Origin: Alphaproteobacteria bacterium | Lineage (GTDB): Bacteria; Pseudomonadota; Alphaproteobacteria; Rs-D84 | Assembly (NCBI GenBank): GCA_017475605.1 | Contig: JAFVFD010000002.1 | Location: 11,769-75,768 of the forward strand | Length of the DNA: 64,000 nt | Reading direction: 5' to 3' | Part shown: positions 46,388 to 58,100 of the stretch, piece after piece | Layout of the letters: each line of letters begins with the position of its first letter | How positions within the stretch are numbered: the stretch's first letter is position 1 | Made by a program: the position numbers and the translations under genes | Notes under the pieces: generated by a model | The model's database searches: none | The model's input: the letters and a program-made list of their open reading frames with translations, nothing else | What the model was told of the DNA's origin: nothing

Positions 46388-46415
46388 TTTCAATAAAAAG
46401 CCCCATCTTGCGATG
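46388..46415 (-). terminator. Terminator of giant gene 1 (minus strand)
   Basis: Reverse complement: GCCCCATCgcaaGATGGGGCttttt. Confidence 0.75.
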
Positions 46416-46431
46416 GGGCAGGCGGTTAGTG

Positions 46432-49400
46432 CTACCACGATATATATCCTGGATTACACGTCCGTTCGCACTTTTTGGTGGCATTGTTCCACCGCAGCGA
46501 ACCTGTTTCGTCTGAATATGGGCGATCACAAATTGGGACACATTCGTTGTTGTCCAAATTGTACTTTTCGCCTTGATACAGACATGATGCTATTTCGCAA
46601 CCGGTGCTGTAACTGGCCGCGGCAACTTCGCCCAGAACACTGAACTTGTTGCGACATGCGCTGCACTGTTCGGATGCGTTATTCTTTTCGTATGGGTCGT
46701 TCGTATAGCCCGGTACGCACGATGTCGCAATACATTCGTTCCATGAACCCGTTGCGGTGTTCCATGTCTTTGTACCAACACCGTTCGGGACGTTACACAC
46801 CTGTTCATTTTCAACACACGCGTTTGATGCCAGGTGGAACCCATCTTCACACGATTTTATCGTACAGATGCCGAATGCGCCATGTGCTGCATCCCACTTC
46901 TGTGTGGCAACTGTTGCGTTTGGTGCCACGTCTGTACAATCTTTGACATCTTCCTCACAAACACTGTTGTATGGATGGTAACCAATCACGCAGCTTTCAA
47001 TTATACAGTTTCCATCAGGTTTATAGGACAATGCGTTTTCACGATTGCATGGCTTACATGACCCATTGACCATTTCGTAGTTACTGATACACGCTGTTTC
47101 TATACAATGCCCGTCAACAACTTCTGCCGGGTTACCAGTCGCAGATGTACCAGTGTACTGACAATTGTTTGGCCAATAGGCGGTGGTTTCAACTGGGCTA
47201 AGGGTACAATTATCCTCAACATATCCAGTACACTTGCGGTAACAATCGCTTGCCTTGGTGGCCCCAGGGGCTGAATACATCCAACTGCCATCACCCAGGT
47301 CCGCGCAAGATTTCGCGCCGTTGCCACCTTCGCCGCCCGGTGTTCCATCACAGAAACTGCCCGCTGGACAAGTTACACATTGGCCATTGGACAGTGTATA
47401 ACCTGATGCACAAGATGTAATCGCACATGTGTCTGTGGCAGTATAATAATCATGGCCCGACATCGCATTTGCGTTTTCGCCCATTGTACAGTCGCGATAG
47501 CAATATGCCTTATCTATTGTTCCTGCTTCTGACTTTGGATACAACCCACCAGTCAGATATTCGCAGGTTTCTACTTCCTGTCCAGGTTCACATACACTGT
47601 TTTCTGGACATACGAAGCAGGCACGTTCGCTTTCGCTGGTTGCTGTACGTGTTGTTGTCCCCGCCGGACACGCATACCGCGCCAAATCGCGATCTGGGCT
47701 GTAATACGCATAGTCCGCCACAGAACATTCTATATCGGTCGCATTTGCCAACCAATAACCCGCATCGCAGTACAGCATAGTTGGGGTTCCGCAACCGGCC
47801 AGGTACGCATCATCCGCAACACTCCATTTACATGTGCGTTCGCCACCACCATGTTCCGCAACATACGGTTGTCCATTCTTCCAGCATTCAGATATCGTAC
47901 TGGTGTTGTTGTATGATGTCTTACCTTCGTTCGGACACGCATGACGTTCCAGTTCGTCTTCAATGCTGTAATAGTTGAAGTCTACGACAGTACATGCGAT
48001 ATCTGTTTGTGCCGCCAAATAATACCCACCACGACACTTTGTAATAACCTTGTCAAAGCAATCGCGTCCATAAACCGCACTATTTCCTGTGCCATTTGAA
48101 TACCAGCAACTTTGTGTCCCAGTACCCGACCCATCGGTCGCCGCATAGGCCAAATTCGCCTTGAAGCATTCCTGGACCGTTTCCGCGGTTGTGTTATCAG
48201 ACTTCGTTGTACCGCCATTCGGGCACGCATCACGTGTTAATATATTGTTCGCACTGTAATACCCGACACCGGCCGCTGAACAATCGGTGCCTGTTGTGGT
48301 TGCCAACCAATGACCCGCATCACAGGATGTTATTACAAAGTCTTTACATCTGTCGGAATAGGCCAGGGCTGTTTCGTTGTAATAACATGTTTGTGTACCG
48401 CGTCCATGTGTTGCAACATATGTTGGCAACAATTCTTTATAACATGCCGCACTGCTTTCCGAATTGGCAGGCGATTTACCATCGTCCGGACAGGGTTCAA
48501 TACCTGCCTGGCCAGAATTTGTAACGACGGTTACACCAGGGCAATAGTTGTTTGCCGTACATGGTAAACAGTCTGTTGTCGGATTTTCGCCGGCACCGCG
48601 ATAATATTTACCCACTGGACATGTAATAGGTGCATCGGTCCATTGTGCAGAAACCGTAGCATTGGATGTTGTAAATGTCAGTGCGGCCGTTGTTGTTACA
48701 AATTTGCCGTCCGCATCAACAACAGATACATTATTCCCTGTGTATCCAGCGAATGTCAACACACCCTTGACCGGTTTTGTGGTCAGTGTGGTAATTGCCG
48801 TTGTGGCGGCTGCATTTGAATACCAGCCGGTCGCATACTTCAAATACACCTTGGCCGGTGAACCAGCGGTTGTCGCACCATTGTGATTCAATGTGATTTC
48901 ATACACATTCGGTGTCCACTGGGCAAACAATTCAATATCAGATGCATCAGACGATATATTTGTCGTAACCGTAGTACCCGCGTTATAGCATGTGCCACCA
49001 CCATTCGCCGCGGTGCACCATTTGTTCGCGGTGCTGTACCCGGTGCGTGTATCCACAATCGCCGGTAATGCGCATGCGCCACTGTCGAATGTGCACTTTA
49101 CACTTGGTGCGGTTGAACCCGTACCACCATTTTTGTTAAGGGTAATGGTGTATTCGTGTGCATCGCATGTTGGTGCGGCGGTGTTGTTGTTTTTGACATC
49201 ATAACCGGTCTTGCACACTACATTGTATGAACAAGCATTATATGTTGTCGCGCTGTTACCATACACGATATTTTCCGCGGCGGATACAGTCTTGGAATTT
49301 GCGAAATCCGCAGGTGTTTTATCGCATTCGGTATAGCATGCGGTGTAACTTGCCGCGAATTCTGTTGAACCCGCCCAGCCCGCCGGACATTCCGTTTGGG

Positions 49401-52400
49401 TTGTTGCACCATCACCACTGTAATAACCGCTTGTTGTGCCGGAACACGCGAACGAACCGGCGACCCTGTAAAAGTATCCCGCGTTACAGGTCAAAGCATC
49501 GGCATCCATACAGTTATTATAATCACCACTAACTTCTGTGCCGTTGTAATAGCATGTGGCGAAACCTGTACCATTTGCCCAATTGTGATTTGGATAGCCG
49601 GTTGTTGCGGTATATGGATTATATGTTACATAACAAGTCTCAATACCACGATATTTTTGACCTTCAACCAGGGCGGCCTTGCCCGGGGTGCCATCTTTGT
49701 CGGTCGGACAGTCGTGGAATCCATCTGTATCGCACCACATATCTTCTGGGCAAACATTGGAACTATAGATACATTTGTTATAAGCATTTGTCGTTGTGTT
49801 ATAGGAAACATGTTGGCTTACCACATTAACGGTAGTTCCGTTCAGATTCTTGGTTGCTTTACATGTCAAATAACAATCTGTAATCGCTTTACCATTTGTC
49901 GCACTGCCAGTATTTGGTGTGTTGCTGACCACATCGCCAGATGTATCTGTACCCGCGGGGCACACATTTAATTTAGTAGATGTGGTATCTGTTATATTTG
50001 TTTCGTTCCAATTAGTCGGGGCAGGACTCCAATTGCCATCGCCAACCGCAACACAGTCCAGATTTTCATTTGTACTTGTTGCGCCGTCTAATTCATCATA
50101 GTATCCAGCATCACACTTGCGCATTGTATAACTGTTGCCGCAATTGATTGAATAGGTGTTGTTAACAGTGCTCCAATGGCAACGTTTTGTGCGACCACCA
50201 TGAGTTGTCTTTTCCCAAATGCCTTCGCGGACACAACCTTCTATCGAGCCACTTTCATCACCATCTGTGGATATCGTATTACGGGAATCATCAACATCGT
50301 ACACAGCTTCTGGACAGCGTGTGCGTGCGGTAAAGTTGGTCGCACTGTAATATTGATAACCAACCAAAGAACAGTCAGTTGTTGTTTTGGTTGTATCCAA
50401 CCACCAACCACTGTTACATGTCAATATTTCAATTGTATTACAGTCGGAATTATACTTGCCCGCACTGTAATGGCAAACCTGCTTACCCTTACCATGATCT
50501 GCGCTGTATTGTACTGTGGCAAAGCAGTCTGATTCTTCGTCTCTGCCATTGTCAGAACCAACACTTGGGGCAACATTGGAAAGCGCGGTGCCGTTCCAGG
50601 TTTGTGCCGGGGTATATGTTGTCCCCGCAACCGCAGTTGGACAGGCGTTTATAAAGTGATTCTGGCCATCGCGGTCTTCGTCGCTGTATGCGACACCACC
50701 CGGACACCATGACCCATTCGGACAAGACTTACATGCGTTGTCTGCATCATCAAAATATTGTCCCGCATTACATGTCTTGGTCTTTTTAGCAACCCAACTT
50801 GCTGTCAGGGTTGTTGTAGTTGTGGTATCGGTATAATTTACCAGTTTATTGGTCGCCACGATTTGACCGGTGCCATTTATCACAGCAACCTGGGTTCCGC
50901 CAATCGTTGCATCATAGCCAGAACAATTCTGTGAGCCCTTGGTTGGCAGCACGATGCTTGTTATCGCGTTTGTCGCGGCGGCATTTGAATACCAGCCTTT
51001 GCCATATTTCATATAGATTGGACCATCTGTACCACCGGTACCACCATCTTTTGCTAATATGAATGTATAGATGTTTGGTTCACATGTTGTACCAGATGTA
51101 TGATAGCCGGCAACGCATACTGGGTTTTGCCAGGTGCATGTTCCAAATGTACCACTTGTTGTAACGGTTTTGTTCGTTGGGTTGTATGCCGTTATGGTCC
51201 CGGCAAAACTGACCGTTTCCGCAACCGGCGCACGTGTACCAATTACTTCGCCATTGTCGGTAACATTCACCGATGAACAAGAGTTATAACATGCTGTCGG
51301 CAAAGCACTCTTTTCGCCTTCTGTTGTGGAATTGATGTGTCCAGGCAAAGCACTACATGGATAGCGCGCCATACTTACAGCGTCTTCTGTGTTATTTGTC
51401 GGGGCGGGGCTCCAATTGCCTTTACCCGCTGGTTCACAGGTAGAAGAATCTTCTGCAACGCGATAATAACCACCACTGCAGTATTTAATTTTTATAGATT
51501 CACAGTTCTTATACCCGGCACTTGAATCATCAACATAATTGCAAACCTGGTCGCCACCACCGGTTCCATTGGCCAAGGCCACACCTGTTCTTGTCGTTTT
51601 ACATGCGGTAACAGCAGAACTGCCCGCCGGTGATGTTACGGCCCCGCCAGATGTGTCTGTTGGGCAAGTCTTATGGCACCCGTCATCTGCCTTGTCTTTG
51701 TCTTCGTAGTCAACCTGGCCACCTGGGCAATAGAAGCCAGCAGGGCATTCTGCGTCAGAACCAGTTAACCCAGCGGTACATGTGAACAAGTTTGTTGACC
51801 AACGGGCATACAACGTGTCAAATACACCCGCGGTTGATGCGGTGCCGCCTTCGGCTGTGTCGGCAATACCAATGGTTGTTGCTACCGACAGATTACCAGA
51901 GGCATCGATTACTTGAACCCCACCTGTTTTTTCAGATACGGTATAGTAGCCCATAAATGTGTGATTTTCCCATGTCGGCGGTGTAATCTTGGTTACCGTT
52001 GTGCCAAAGTTAGTCAAAGACCACCCAATTGAATATTTTTCATATATGGTCTTGTTTGTGCCCGGCGCACCGTTAAGGTCAAGTGTTATTGTGTACACCT
52101 TGGGATCACATGTACCCGCTGTTGCGTTTTTATCATAATTGCCCATGCAGGTATATGTCATGGCACAACTTGACGGCATCGCGGTACATCCGCATAACAC
52201 ACCGTCTATATTATTACAAGTGCCATCGCAATAATAGTCTGCACCACTTGTTTTTGCGTTTTCATTTTGGGTGCATGTCTTATTGTTGGCTGGGCATACT
52301 TGCGGTGTACAATACAAAGAGCATGTTGTATAGCATGTTCCACACGCACCACCTGTGTTGCCAAGTATCGACTGATTGTAGCCGGTTGTACTACAAGATT

Positions 52401-54987
52401 CGCATGTTCTTGTTTCTGTATTTTCGAAATATCTGTTCTTACACCAAACTTGTTTAAGTTGGCATGCAGTATTGTTTACATTAGTACATGCAGAACTTCC
52501 ATAATCTGAAATACCAGCAACCTTGTTTTCTGTATCATAAGAACAATTTGTTGAGTTTGTTGGGCATGTGCTTGGTTCAACACAAGTTGCGGTGTTACAT
52601 GTTTTATAGCAGCCCGCAGATGTTGTCGATGCCGCATCAGACTTGGTATATTCCGATCCCAATGTTGTACAGGCAACAAAGCATCCCGCGCTACCTTCAA
52701 TAGCAGTTCCGGTGCCCGGACAGTATTTACCGTCGGTTGGGCAATCTACGTGTTGTTCGCCATCGTAGTATTTACCAGCCTGACATTGAACGGTATTTTG
52801 AGACCAATGTGCATATAGTGTTGTATTGGTGGTCTTATCCCAAAGACGCAAAGAAACACCACTTGCGGAATAATATTGTGTTCCGCCTGTTTGTGCATCA
52901 AAATACCCGGCAAAAGACCATGTGGCGCGTGTCGGCAATTCAGAAGCAGACAAGGCCGGCAGATGCGCATCGTATGTCGCCGTAACTGATGATTTACAGC
53001 CCGTTCCACACGTGCCTTCATTTGCGTTCAGTGTAACTTGATATTCTAATGGTTCGCAATATGTGCCATCATCACTTACTTTATATCCTTCTGTACAAGA
53101 GAATGGTTCGTCATCGCCCGGACAGGTGGCATGTGGAACGCATGCGTTACAACCGTTGCCGGACAGATAATAATTTTCAGCACACGCAGTTGCCGCGCAA
53201 TTGTTTTCCCCATTTTTATGATAAATGCCAGATACCGTCTTTGAACCCGCAACATCGGATACCTTACATTCACGATAACAATAATTCGAATCGGTTGTTC
53301 CCTGGACTGAATAAGGGAATGTCGAATTAGATGCCGAACATAATGTACAATTTGTCGCGGTCGTAGATGCAAAGTAATTAGCGGCAGCCACAACCGGCGC
53401 AACAACCGTTTTGTTACATGTGTTTGTGTTTGTTTCACAGCCGCTCTTTATGGTGCCATCGGCGGTACCTGTCGCGTTCGAATATGCGACATAATCGCAT
53501 GTCGCCGGTGTACAATCTTGGAATGTGGCAGAAACGCAACCGTTTGGTAATGTTTCAATATGTGCGCCACTTGATGTACGCTGTTTGGTCTCGCTGAAAC
53601 ATTGGGTGATGGCGGTCGATGTCGTGCTTTCTGTGTGTGGGTATGCCGTAGGGCATGTTTCGCATGCCGCATTCGCCTTGGCGGATGATGCCTTGTACTT
53701 GTTGTATCCGCATGCAGTCCACACCGCATAAACCGTTTTGTCAGTTGTTATTGTTATTGTATACGAACCAGTCGTCGCAGATGCAGATGTTGCCCAGCCA
53801 CCAAATACATAGCCCGCACGATAGAACGAGTTTGTATCACCACTGGCCAGTGTACATTCAACCCCGGATGCACATTGTTTGTTTGCTGGTTTTGTCCCAT
53901 CACCACCATTCAGGTTATATGTTACAGTGAACGTATCTTGGGAATAATTGCCGGTAAATGTAACTGTGCCGGAATACACCCCAAGGTTTTCATAGGTACA
54001 CGCAATACCGGTTTGTCCACTGCCGAATGATTTAGTAACCAAAGTACTTGGAACCCATGATCCAAATGACCAATTGTCAACAGTTGGTGCGGTTGCCGCA
54101 TTAAATGTTTCGCCATATGTACATGACGCAGGGGTTGTTGGTGCAGTACCTTTTGTTGGTGCCCAAACAAAGTTAATCGTGTTTGGTGTCGCGGTACATG
54201 TATATGATGTCGCACCTGCGGTTGAATTGGTTTGTGTGGTATTTGTGGTATAGCCTTGGTCGGCTTCTACACTATACACACACTTGTTGTCGTTTGAAGT
54301 TGTGGATGCGGTACAGGTCTTTACCCCCGTACCCTTGGTGGCAAGACACGCACTACATGCATACGGTGCAGACCCTGTGCGAACATATTTTGAACTACAT
54401 GTTTTAATCGTACAAAGGTTAGTTATAATATTGTTGTTCCAGGCCGTTGTTTCCCAGTTTGCGACATTAGACGCATTGGCGCAGTTTGCATCGCAACTGG
54501 TCTTGCCGGTACCACTGGTGGTTTTGCCTGCGGCACACGCGGTACAGGATGTGTTGCCGGTACCGGTATTGTATGAACCTGTGGCACACGCAATACACGC
54601 ACTTTCGGCACTGCTGCCGGTGCTGGCATTGTATGTTCCGGCGGAACATGCTGTGCGACCACCAACATCATCATAATGTACAGTAACTCCGCCCGGACAA
54701 TATCCGCCGGCGGTACAGGTCGTTTCGCCCGCACCAGCGGTTGCTACATACTTACCGGCCGTTGTTGTTAAATAACAGTTGTTTATGCCACCTGTGGTAT
54801 TATCAGATGCACTGTTTGGATAGTTTGTTGGGCATTTTGCGCACTGACTGGACCCATCAAGGTAATAACCGGCATTACAGCTGATGTATGTTTTTTCGCA
54901 TGAATAGCCCTCGGCAAAAGAATTCGCCGAAAATGCGAACAGAAACAAACCAACGAAAAACCCGAGAAAACAGCGCTTTCTTCCCAT
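46432..54987 (-). CDS. Giant secreted cysteine-rich repeat protein 1 (~2850 aa). It has Listeria-Bacteroides (Flg_new) repeats, ephrin-receptor-like CxxCPxGxYC modules, a reiterated ~70-aa Cys module, and a ~500-aa C-terminal region shared with gene 2
   Basis: Signal peptide MGRKRCFLGFFVGLFLFAFSANSFA, with the start at 54987 preceded by AGAGAGGAAG. YTITLNKNGGTG...TGYSTANKWCT and YEITLNHNGATTAG...FAGY are Flg_new-like. Many modules of the type CLPCTANNYCPG and CKSCPNGSWCPGG. Repeated module CDAGYWL..C...YYS..R..CP.G. Confidence 0.85.
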   Translation of the reverse strand: MGRKRCFLGFFVGLFLFAFSANSFAEGYSCEKTYISCNAGYYLDGSSQCAKCPTNYPNSASDNTTGGINNCYLTTTAGKYVATAGAGETTCTAGGYCPGGVTVHYDDVGGRTACSAGTYNASTGSSAESACIACATGSYNTGTGNTSCTACAAGKTTSGTGKTSCDANCANASNVANWETTAWNNNIITNLCTIKTCSSKYVRTGSAPYACSACLATKGTGVKTCTASTTSNDNKCVYSVEADQGYTTNTTQTNSTAGATSYTCTATPNTINFVWAPTKGTAPTTPASCTYGETFNAATAPTVDNWSFGSWVPSTLVTKSFGSGQTGIACTYENLGVYSGTVTFTGNYSQDTFTVTYNLNGGDGTKPANKQCASGVECTLASGDTNSFYRAGYVFGGWATSASATTGSYTITITTDKTVYAVWTACGYNKYKASSAKANAACETCPTAYPHTESTTSTAITQCFSETKQRTSSGAHIETLPNGCVSATFQDCTPATCDYVAYSNATGTADGTIKSGCETNTNTCNKTVVAPVVAAANYFASTTATNCTLCSASNSTFPYSVQGTTDSNYCYRECKVSDVAGSKTVSGIYHKNGENNCAATACAENYYLSGNGCNACVPHATCPGDDEPFSCTEGYKVSDDGTYCEPLEYQVTLNANEGTCGTGCKSSVTATYDAHLPALSASELPTRATWSFAGYFDAQTGGTQYYSASGVSLRLWDKTTNTTLYAHWSQNTVQCQAGKYYDGEQHVDCPTDGKYCPGTGTAIEGSAGCFVACTTLGSEYTKSDAASTTSAGCYKTCNTATCVEPSTCPTNSTNCSYDTENKVAGISDYGSSACTNVNNTACQLKQVWCKNRYFENTETRTCESCSTTGYNQSILGNTGGACGTCYTTCSLYCTPQVCPANNKTCTQNENAKTSGADYYCDGTCNNIDGVLCGCTAMPSSCAMTYTCMGNYDKNATAGTCDPKVYTITLDLNGAPGTNKTIYEKYSIGWSLTNFGTTVTKITPPTWENHTFMGYYTVSEKTGGVQVIDASGNLSVATTIGIADTAEGGTASTAGVFDTLYARWSTNLFTCTAGLTGSDAECPAGFYCPGGQVDYEDKDKADDGCHKTCPTDTSGGAVTSPAGSSAVTACKTTRTGVALANGTGGGDQVCNYVDDSSAGYKNCESIKIKYCSGGYYRVAEDSSTCEPAGKGNWSPAPTNNTEDAVSMARYPCSALPGHINSTTEGEKSALPTACYNSCSSVNVTDNGEVIGTRAPVAETVSFAGTITAYNPTNKTVTTSGTFGTCTWQNPVCVAGYHTSGTTCEPNIYTFILAKDGGTGGTDGPIYMKYGKGWYSNAAATNAITSIVLPTKGSQNCSGYDATIGGTQVAVINGTGQIVATNKLVNYTDTTTTTTLTASWVAKKTKTCNAGQYFDDADNACKSCPNGSWCPGGVAYSDEDRDGQNHFINACPTAVAGTTYTPAQTWNGTALSNVAPSVGSDNGRDEESDCFATVQYSADHGKGKQVCHYSAGKYNSDCNTIEILTCNSGWWLDTTKTTTDCSLVGYQYYSATNFTARTRCPEAVYDVDDSRNTISTDGDESGSIEGCVREGIWEKTTHGGRTKRCHWSTVNNTYSINCGNSYTMRKCDAGYYDELDGATSTNENLDCVAVGDGNWSPAPTNWNETNITDTTSTKLNVCPAGTDTSGDVVSNTPNTGSATNGKAITDCYLTCKATKNLNGTTVNVVSQHVSYNTTTNAYNKCIYSSNVCPEDMWCDTDGFHDCPTDKDGTPGKAALVEGQKYRGIETCYVTYNPYTATTGYPNHNWANGTGFATCYYNGTEVSGDYNNCMDADALTCNAGYFYRVAGSFACSGTTSGYYSGDGATTQTECPAGWAGSTEFAASYTACYTECDKTPADFANSKTVSAAENIVYGNSATTYNACSYNVVCKTGYDVKNNNTAAPTCDAHEYTITLNKNGGTGSTAPSVKCTFDSGACALPAIVDTRTGYSTANKWCTAANGGGTCYNAGTTVTTNISSDASDIELFAQWTPNVYEITLNHNGATTAGSPAKVYLKYATGWYSNAAATTAITTLTTKPVKGVLTFAGYTGNNVSVVDADGKFVTTTAALTFTTSNATVSAQWTDAPITCPVGKYYRGAGENPTTDCLPCTANNYCPGVTVVTNSGQAGIEPCPDDGKSPANSESSAACYKELLPTYVATHGRGTQTCYYNETALAYSDRCKDFVITSCDAGHWLATTTGTDCSAAGVGYYSANNILTRDACPNGGTTKSDNTTAETVQECFKANLAYAATDGSGTGTQSCWYSNGTGNSAVYGRDCFDKVITKCRGGYYLAAQTDIACTVVDFNYYSIEDELERHACPNEGKTSYNNTSTISECWKNGQPYVAEHGGGERTCKWSVADDAYLAGCGTPTMLYCDAGYWLANATDIECSVADYAYYSPDRDLARYACPAGTTTRTATSESERACFVCPENSVCEPGQEVETCEYLTGGLYPKSEAGTIDKAYCYRDCTMGENANAMSGHDYYTATDTCAITSCASGYTLSNGQCVTCPAGSFCDGTPGGEGGNGAKSCADLGDGSWMYSAPGATKASDCYRKCTGYVEDNCTLSPVETTAYWPNNCQYTGTSATGNPAEVVDGHCIETACISNYEMVNGSCKPCNRENALSYKPDGNCIIESCVIGYHPYNSVCEEDVKDCTDVAPNATVATQKWDAAHGAFGICTIKSCEDGFHLASNACVENEQVCNVPNGVGTKTWNTATGSWNECIATSCVPGYTNDPYEKNNASEQCSACRNKFSVLGEVAAASYSTGCEIASCLYQGEKYNLDNNECVPICDRPYSDETGSLRWNNATKKCERTCNPGYISW
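48660..49290. repeat. Near-identical intragenic repeat, copy 1 of 3 (Flg_new pair unit). The other copies are at ~57320..57960 and ~59700..60250
   Basis: The ORF track shows identical spurious peptides (MPPPFAAVHHLFAVLYPVRVSTIAGNAH..., MIQCDFIHIRCPLGKQF...) at all three places. A DNA comparison by eye shows only scattered mismatches over ~500 bp. Boundaries are approximate. Confidence 0.8.
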
Positions 54988-55061
54988 AACTTCCTCTCTT
55001 TTATATTTCATGGTAGAAAAAATATATGGGGTAGTGCAAGAATAAAATTAACAAAATATAA

Positions 55062-55092
55062 AGATTAACAATACTCCCCGCGGTAAAGGCGG
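55062..55092 (-). terminator. Terminator of giant gene 2 (minus strand), in the 92-nt gap between the paralogs
   Basis: Reverse complement: TCCCCGCctttaccGCGGGGAgtattgtt. Confidence 0.65.
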
Positions 55093-55103
55093 GGAATATT
55101 TTA

Positions 55104-58100
55104 TTACCACGATATATATCCTGGATTACATGTCCGTTCACACTTTTTGGTGGCATTGTTCCACCGCAGCGAACCTGTTTCGTCTGAATATGGTTTGGCA
55201 CAAATTGGGACACATTCATTATTTTCCAAATTGTACTTTTCGCCTTGATACAGACATGATGCTATTTCGCAACCGGTGCTGTAACTGGCCGCGGCAACTT
55301 CGCCCAGAACACTGAACTTGTTGCGGCATGCGCTGCACTGTTCGGATGCGTTGTTCTTTTCATACGGGTCGTTCGTATAGCCCGGCACGCACGATGTCGC
55401 GACGCATTCGTTCCATGAATTTGTTGTGGCATTCCATGTCTTTGTACCAACACCATGTTCAATGTCGCATGCTTGTTCGTTTTCAACACATGCGTTTGAC
55501 GCCAGGTGGAACCCATCTTCACACGATTTTATCGTACAGATGCCGAATGCGCCATGGGTCGCATCCCATTTCTGAGTCGCCGCGGTTGCGTGTGGTGCGG
55601 CGCAGCCTTTGACATCTTGTTCACAAGTGTTGTTGTATGGGTGATATCCGATTGTACAACTTTCAATCACGCAATTTCCGTCTGATTTATAGGACAGGGC
55701 ATTTTCACGATTACATGGCTTACACGACCCATTAATCATTTCATAATGGCTGTTACATGATGTTTCAACGCAACGTCCGTCAACAACTTCCGCTGGGTTA
55801 CCGGTTGCAGATGCACCAGTGTACTGACAATTGTTCGGCCAATAAGCAGTATTTTCAACCGGTGTTAATGTACATGTGTCTTCAATATATTCTGTACACA
55901 TACGGTAACAATCGCTTGCCTTATTAGCACCTGGGGCTGAATACATCCAACTGCCATCACCCAGGTCCGCGCAAGATTTTGCGCCGTTGCCACCATCGCC
56001 ACCCGGTGTTCCATCACAGAAACTGCCCGCGGGACAGGTTACACATTGACCGTTGGATAAACTGTAACCCGGTGCGCACGATGCAATTTGGCATGTGTCC
56101 GCGGCGGTATAGAAATCGCGTCCAGACATGGTGTTTGCGTTTTCGCCCATTGTACAGTCGCGATAGCAATATGCGGCATCAGTTGTTCCGGCATCTGATT
56201 TTGTAAATTGTCCACCGGTTAGACTATCACACGTTGCCACCTCTAATCCTGGTTCACATACACTGTTTTCTGGGCAAATAAAGCATGCGCGTTCATTTTC
56301 ACTGGTTTGTGTGCGTGTTGTAGAACCCGCCGGACACGCATACCGCGCCAAATCGCGATCTGGACTGTAATACGCATAGTCCGCCACAGAACATTCTGTA
56401 TCTGTTCCGTTCGCCAACCAATAACCGCCGTTACAATATGTCATTGTCGGAACACCGCAACCGGCCAGATAGGCATTATCCGCAACACTCCACTTACATG
56501 TGCGTTCACCACCACCATGTTCCGCAACATACGGCTGACCGTTCTTCCAGCATTCAGATATCGTACTTGTGTTATTGTATGATGTCTTACCTTCGTTCGG
56601 ACACGCATGACGTTCAAGTTCGTCTTCAATGCTGTAATAGTTGAAGTCTACGACAGTACACGCGATATCTGTTTGTGCCGCTAAATAATACCCACCACGA
56701 CACTTCGTAATAACCTTGTCAAAGCATTCGTGTTTATAGACGGCATCGTTTCCGGTACCACTTGAATACCAGCAACTTTGTGTCCCGGTACCCGAAGAAT
56801 CTGTTGCGGTATAATCAAGGTTTGTCTTAAAGCATTCGTCAACGGTTTCCGCGGTTGTGTTATCAGACTTTGTTGTACCGCCATTCGGGCACGCATCACG
56901 TGTTAATATGTTATTCGCGCTGTAATACCCGACACCGGCCTCCGAACAATCGGTGTCTGTTGTGGTTGCCAACCAATGACCCGCATCACAGGATGTTATT
57001 ACAAAGTCTTTACATCTGTCGGAATAGGTCAGGGCATTTTCATTGTAATAGCATGTTTGTGTACCACGACCATGTGTCGCAACATATGTTGGCAACAATT
57101 CTTGGAAACACATTGTCGCACTTGCGGTACCAACCAAAGACTTACCGTTGTCTGGGCATTCATCGATACCTGCCTGACCAGAGTTAGTCATTACGGTTAC
57201 ACCAGAACAATAGTTGTTTTCCGTACATGGCAGGCAGTCCGTTTCGGGCATTTCACCGGTGCCACGATAATATTTACCCGCCGGACATGTAATAGGCGCA
57301 TCGGACCATTGTGCCGTCAATGTGGCATCGGCCGTCGTAAATGTTAATATCGCGGATGTTGTGGCGAATTTACCATCAGAATCGATTACAAAAACATTGC
57401 TTGTATTCTTGTATCCGTCAAATTTTAATACACCCTTGACCGGTTTTGTGGCAAGTGCTGTAATTGCCGTTGTGGCGGCTGCATTAGAATACCAGCCGGT
57501 CGCATACTTCAAATACACCTTGGCCGGTGAACCAGCGGTTGTCGCACCATTGTGATTCAATGTGATTTCATACACATTCGGTGTCCACTGGGCAAACAAT
57601 TCAATATCAGATGCATCAGACGAAATATTCGTCGTAACCGTAGTACCCGCGTTATAACATGTACCACCACCATTCGCCGCGGTGCACCATTTGTTCGCGG
57701 TGCTGTACCCGGTGCGTGTATCAACAATCGCAGGTAATGCGCATGCGCCACTGTCGAATGTACATTTTACACTTGATGCGGTTGAACCCGTACCACCATT
57801 TTTGTTAAGGGTAATGGTGTATTCATGTGCATCGCATGTTGGTGCGGCGGTGTTGTTGTTTTTGACATCATAACCGGTCTTGCACACAACATTGTACGAA
57901 CATGCGTTATATGTTGTTGCACTGTTACCATATACGATGTTTTCTGCGGCGGATACAGTCTTGGAATTCGCGAAATCCGCGGTTGTTTTGTCGCATTCGG
58001 TATAGCATGCGGTGTAACTGCCGGCGTTAGCCGTTGAACCAGCGCAACCGGCCGGACAGGCAATTTGATAAGTAGAAGAGCCTGCCTGCGCGACGGTCGG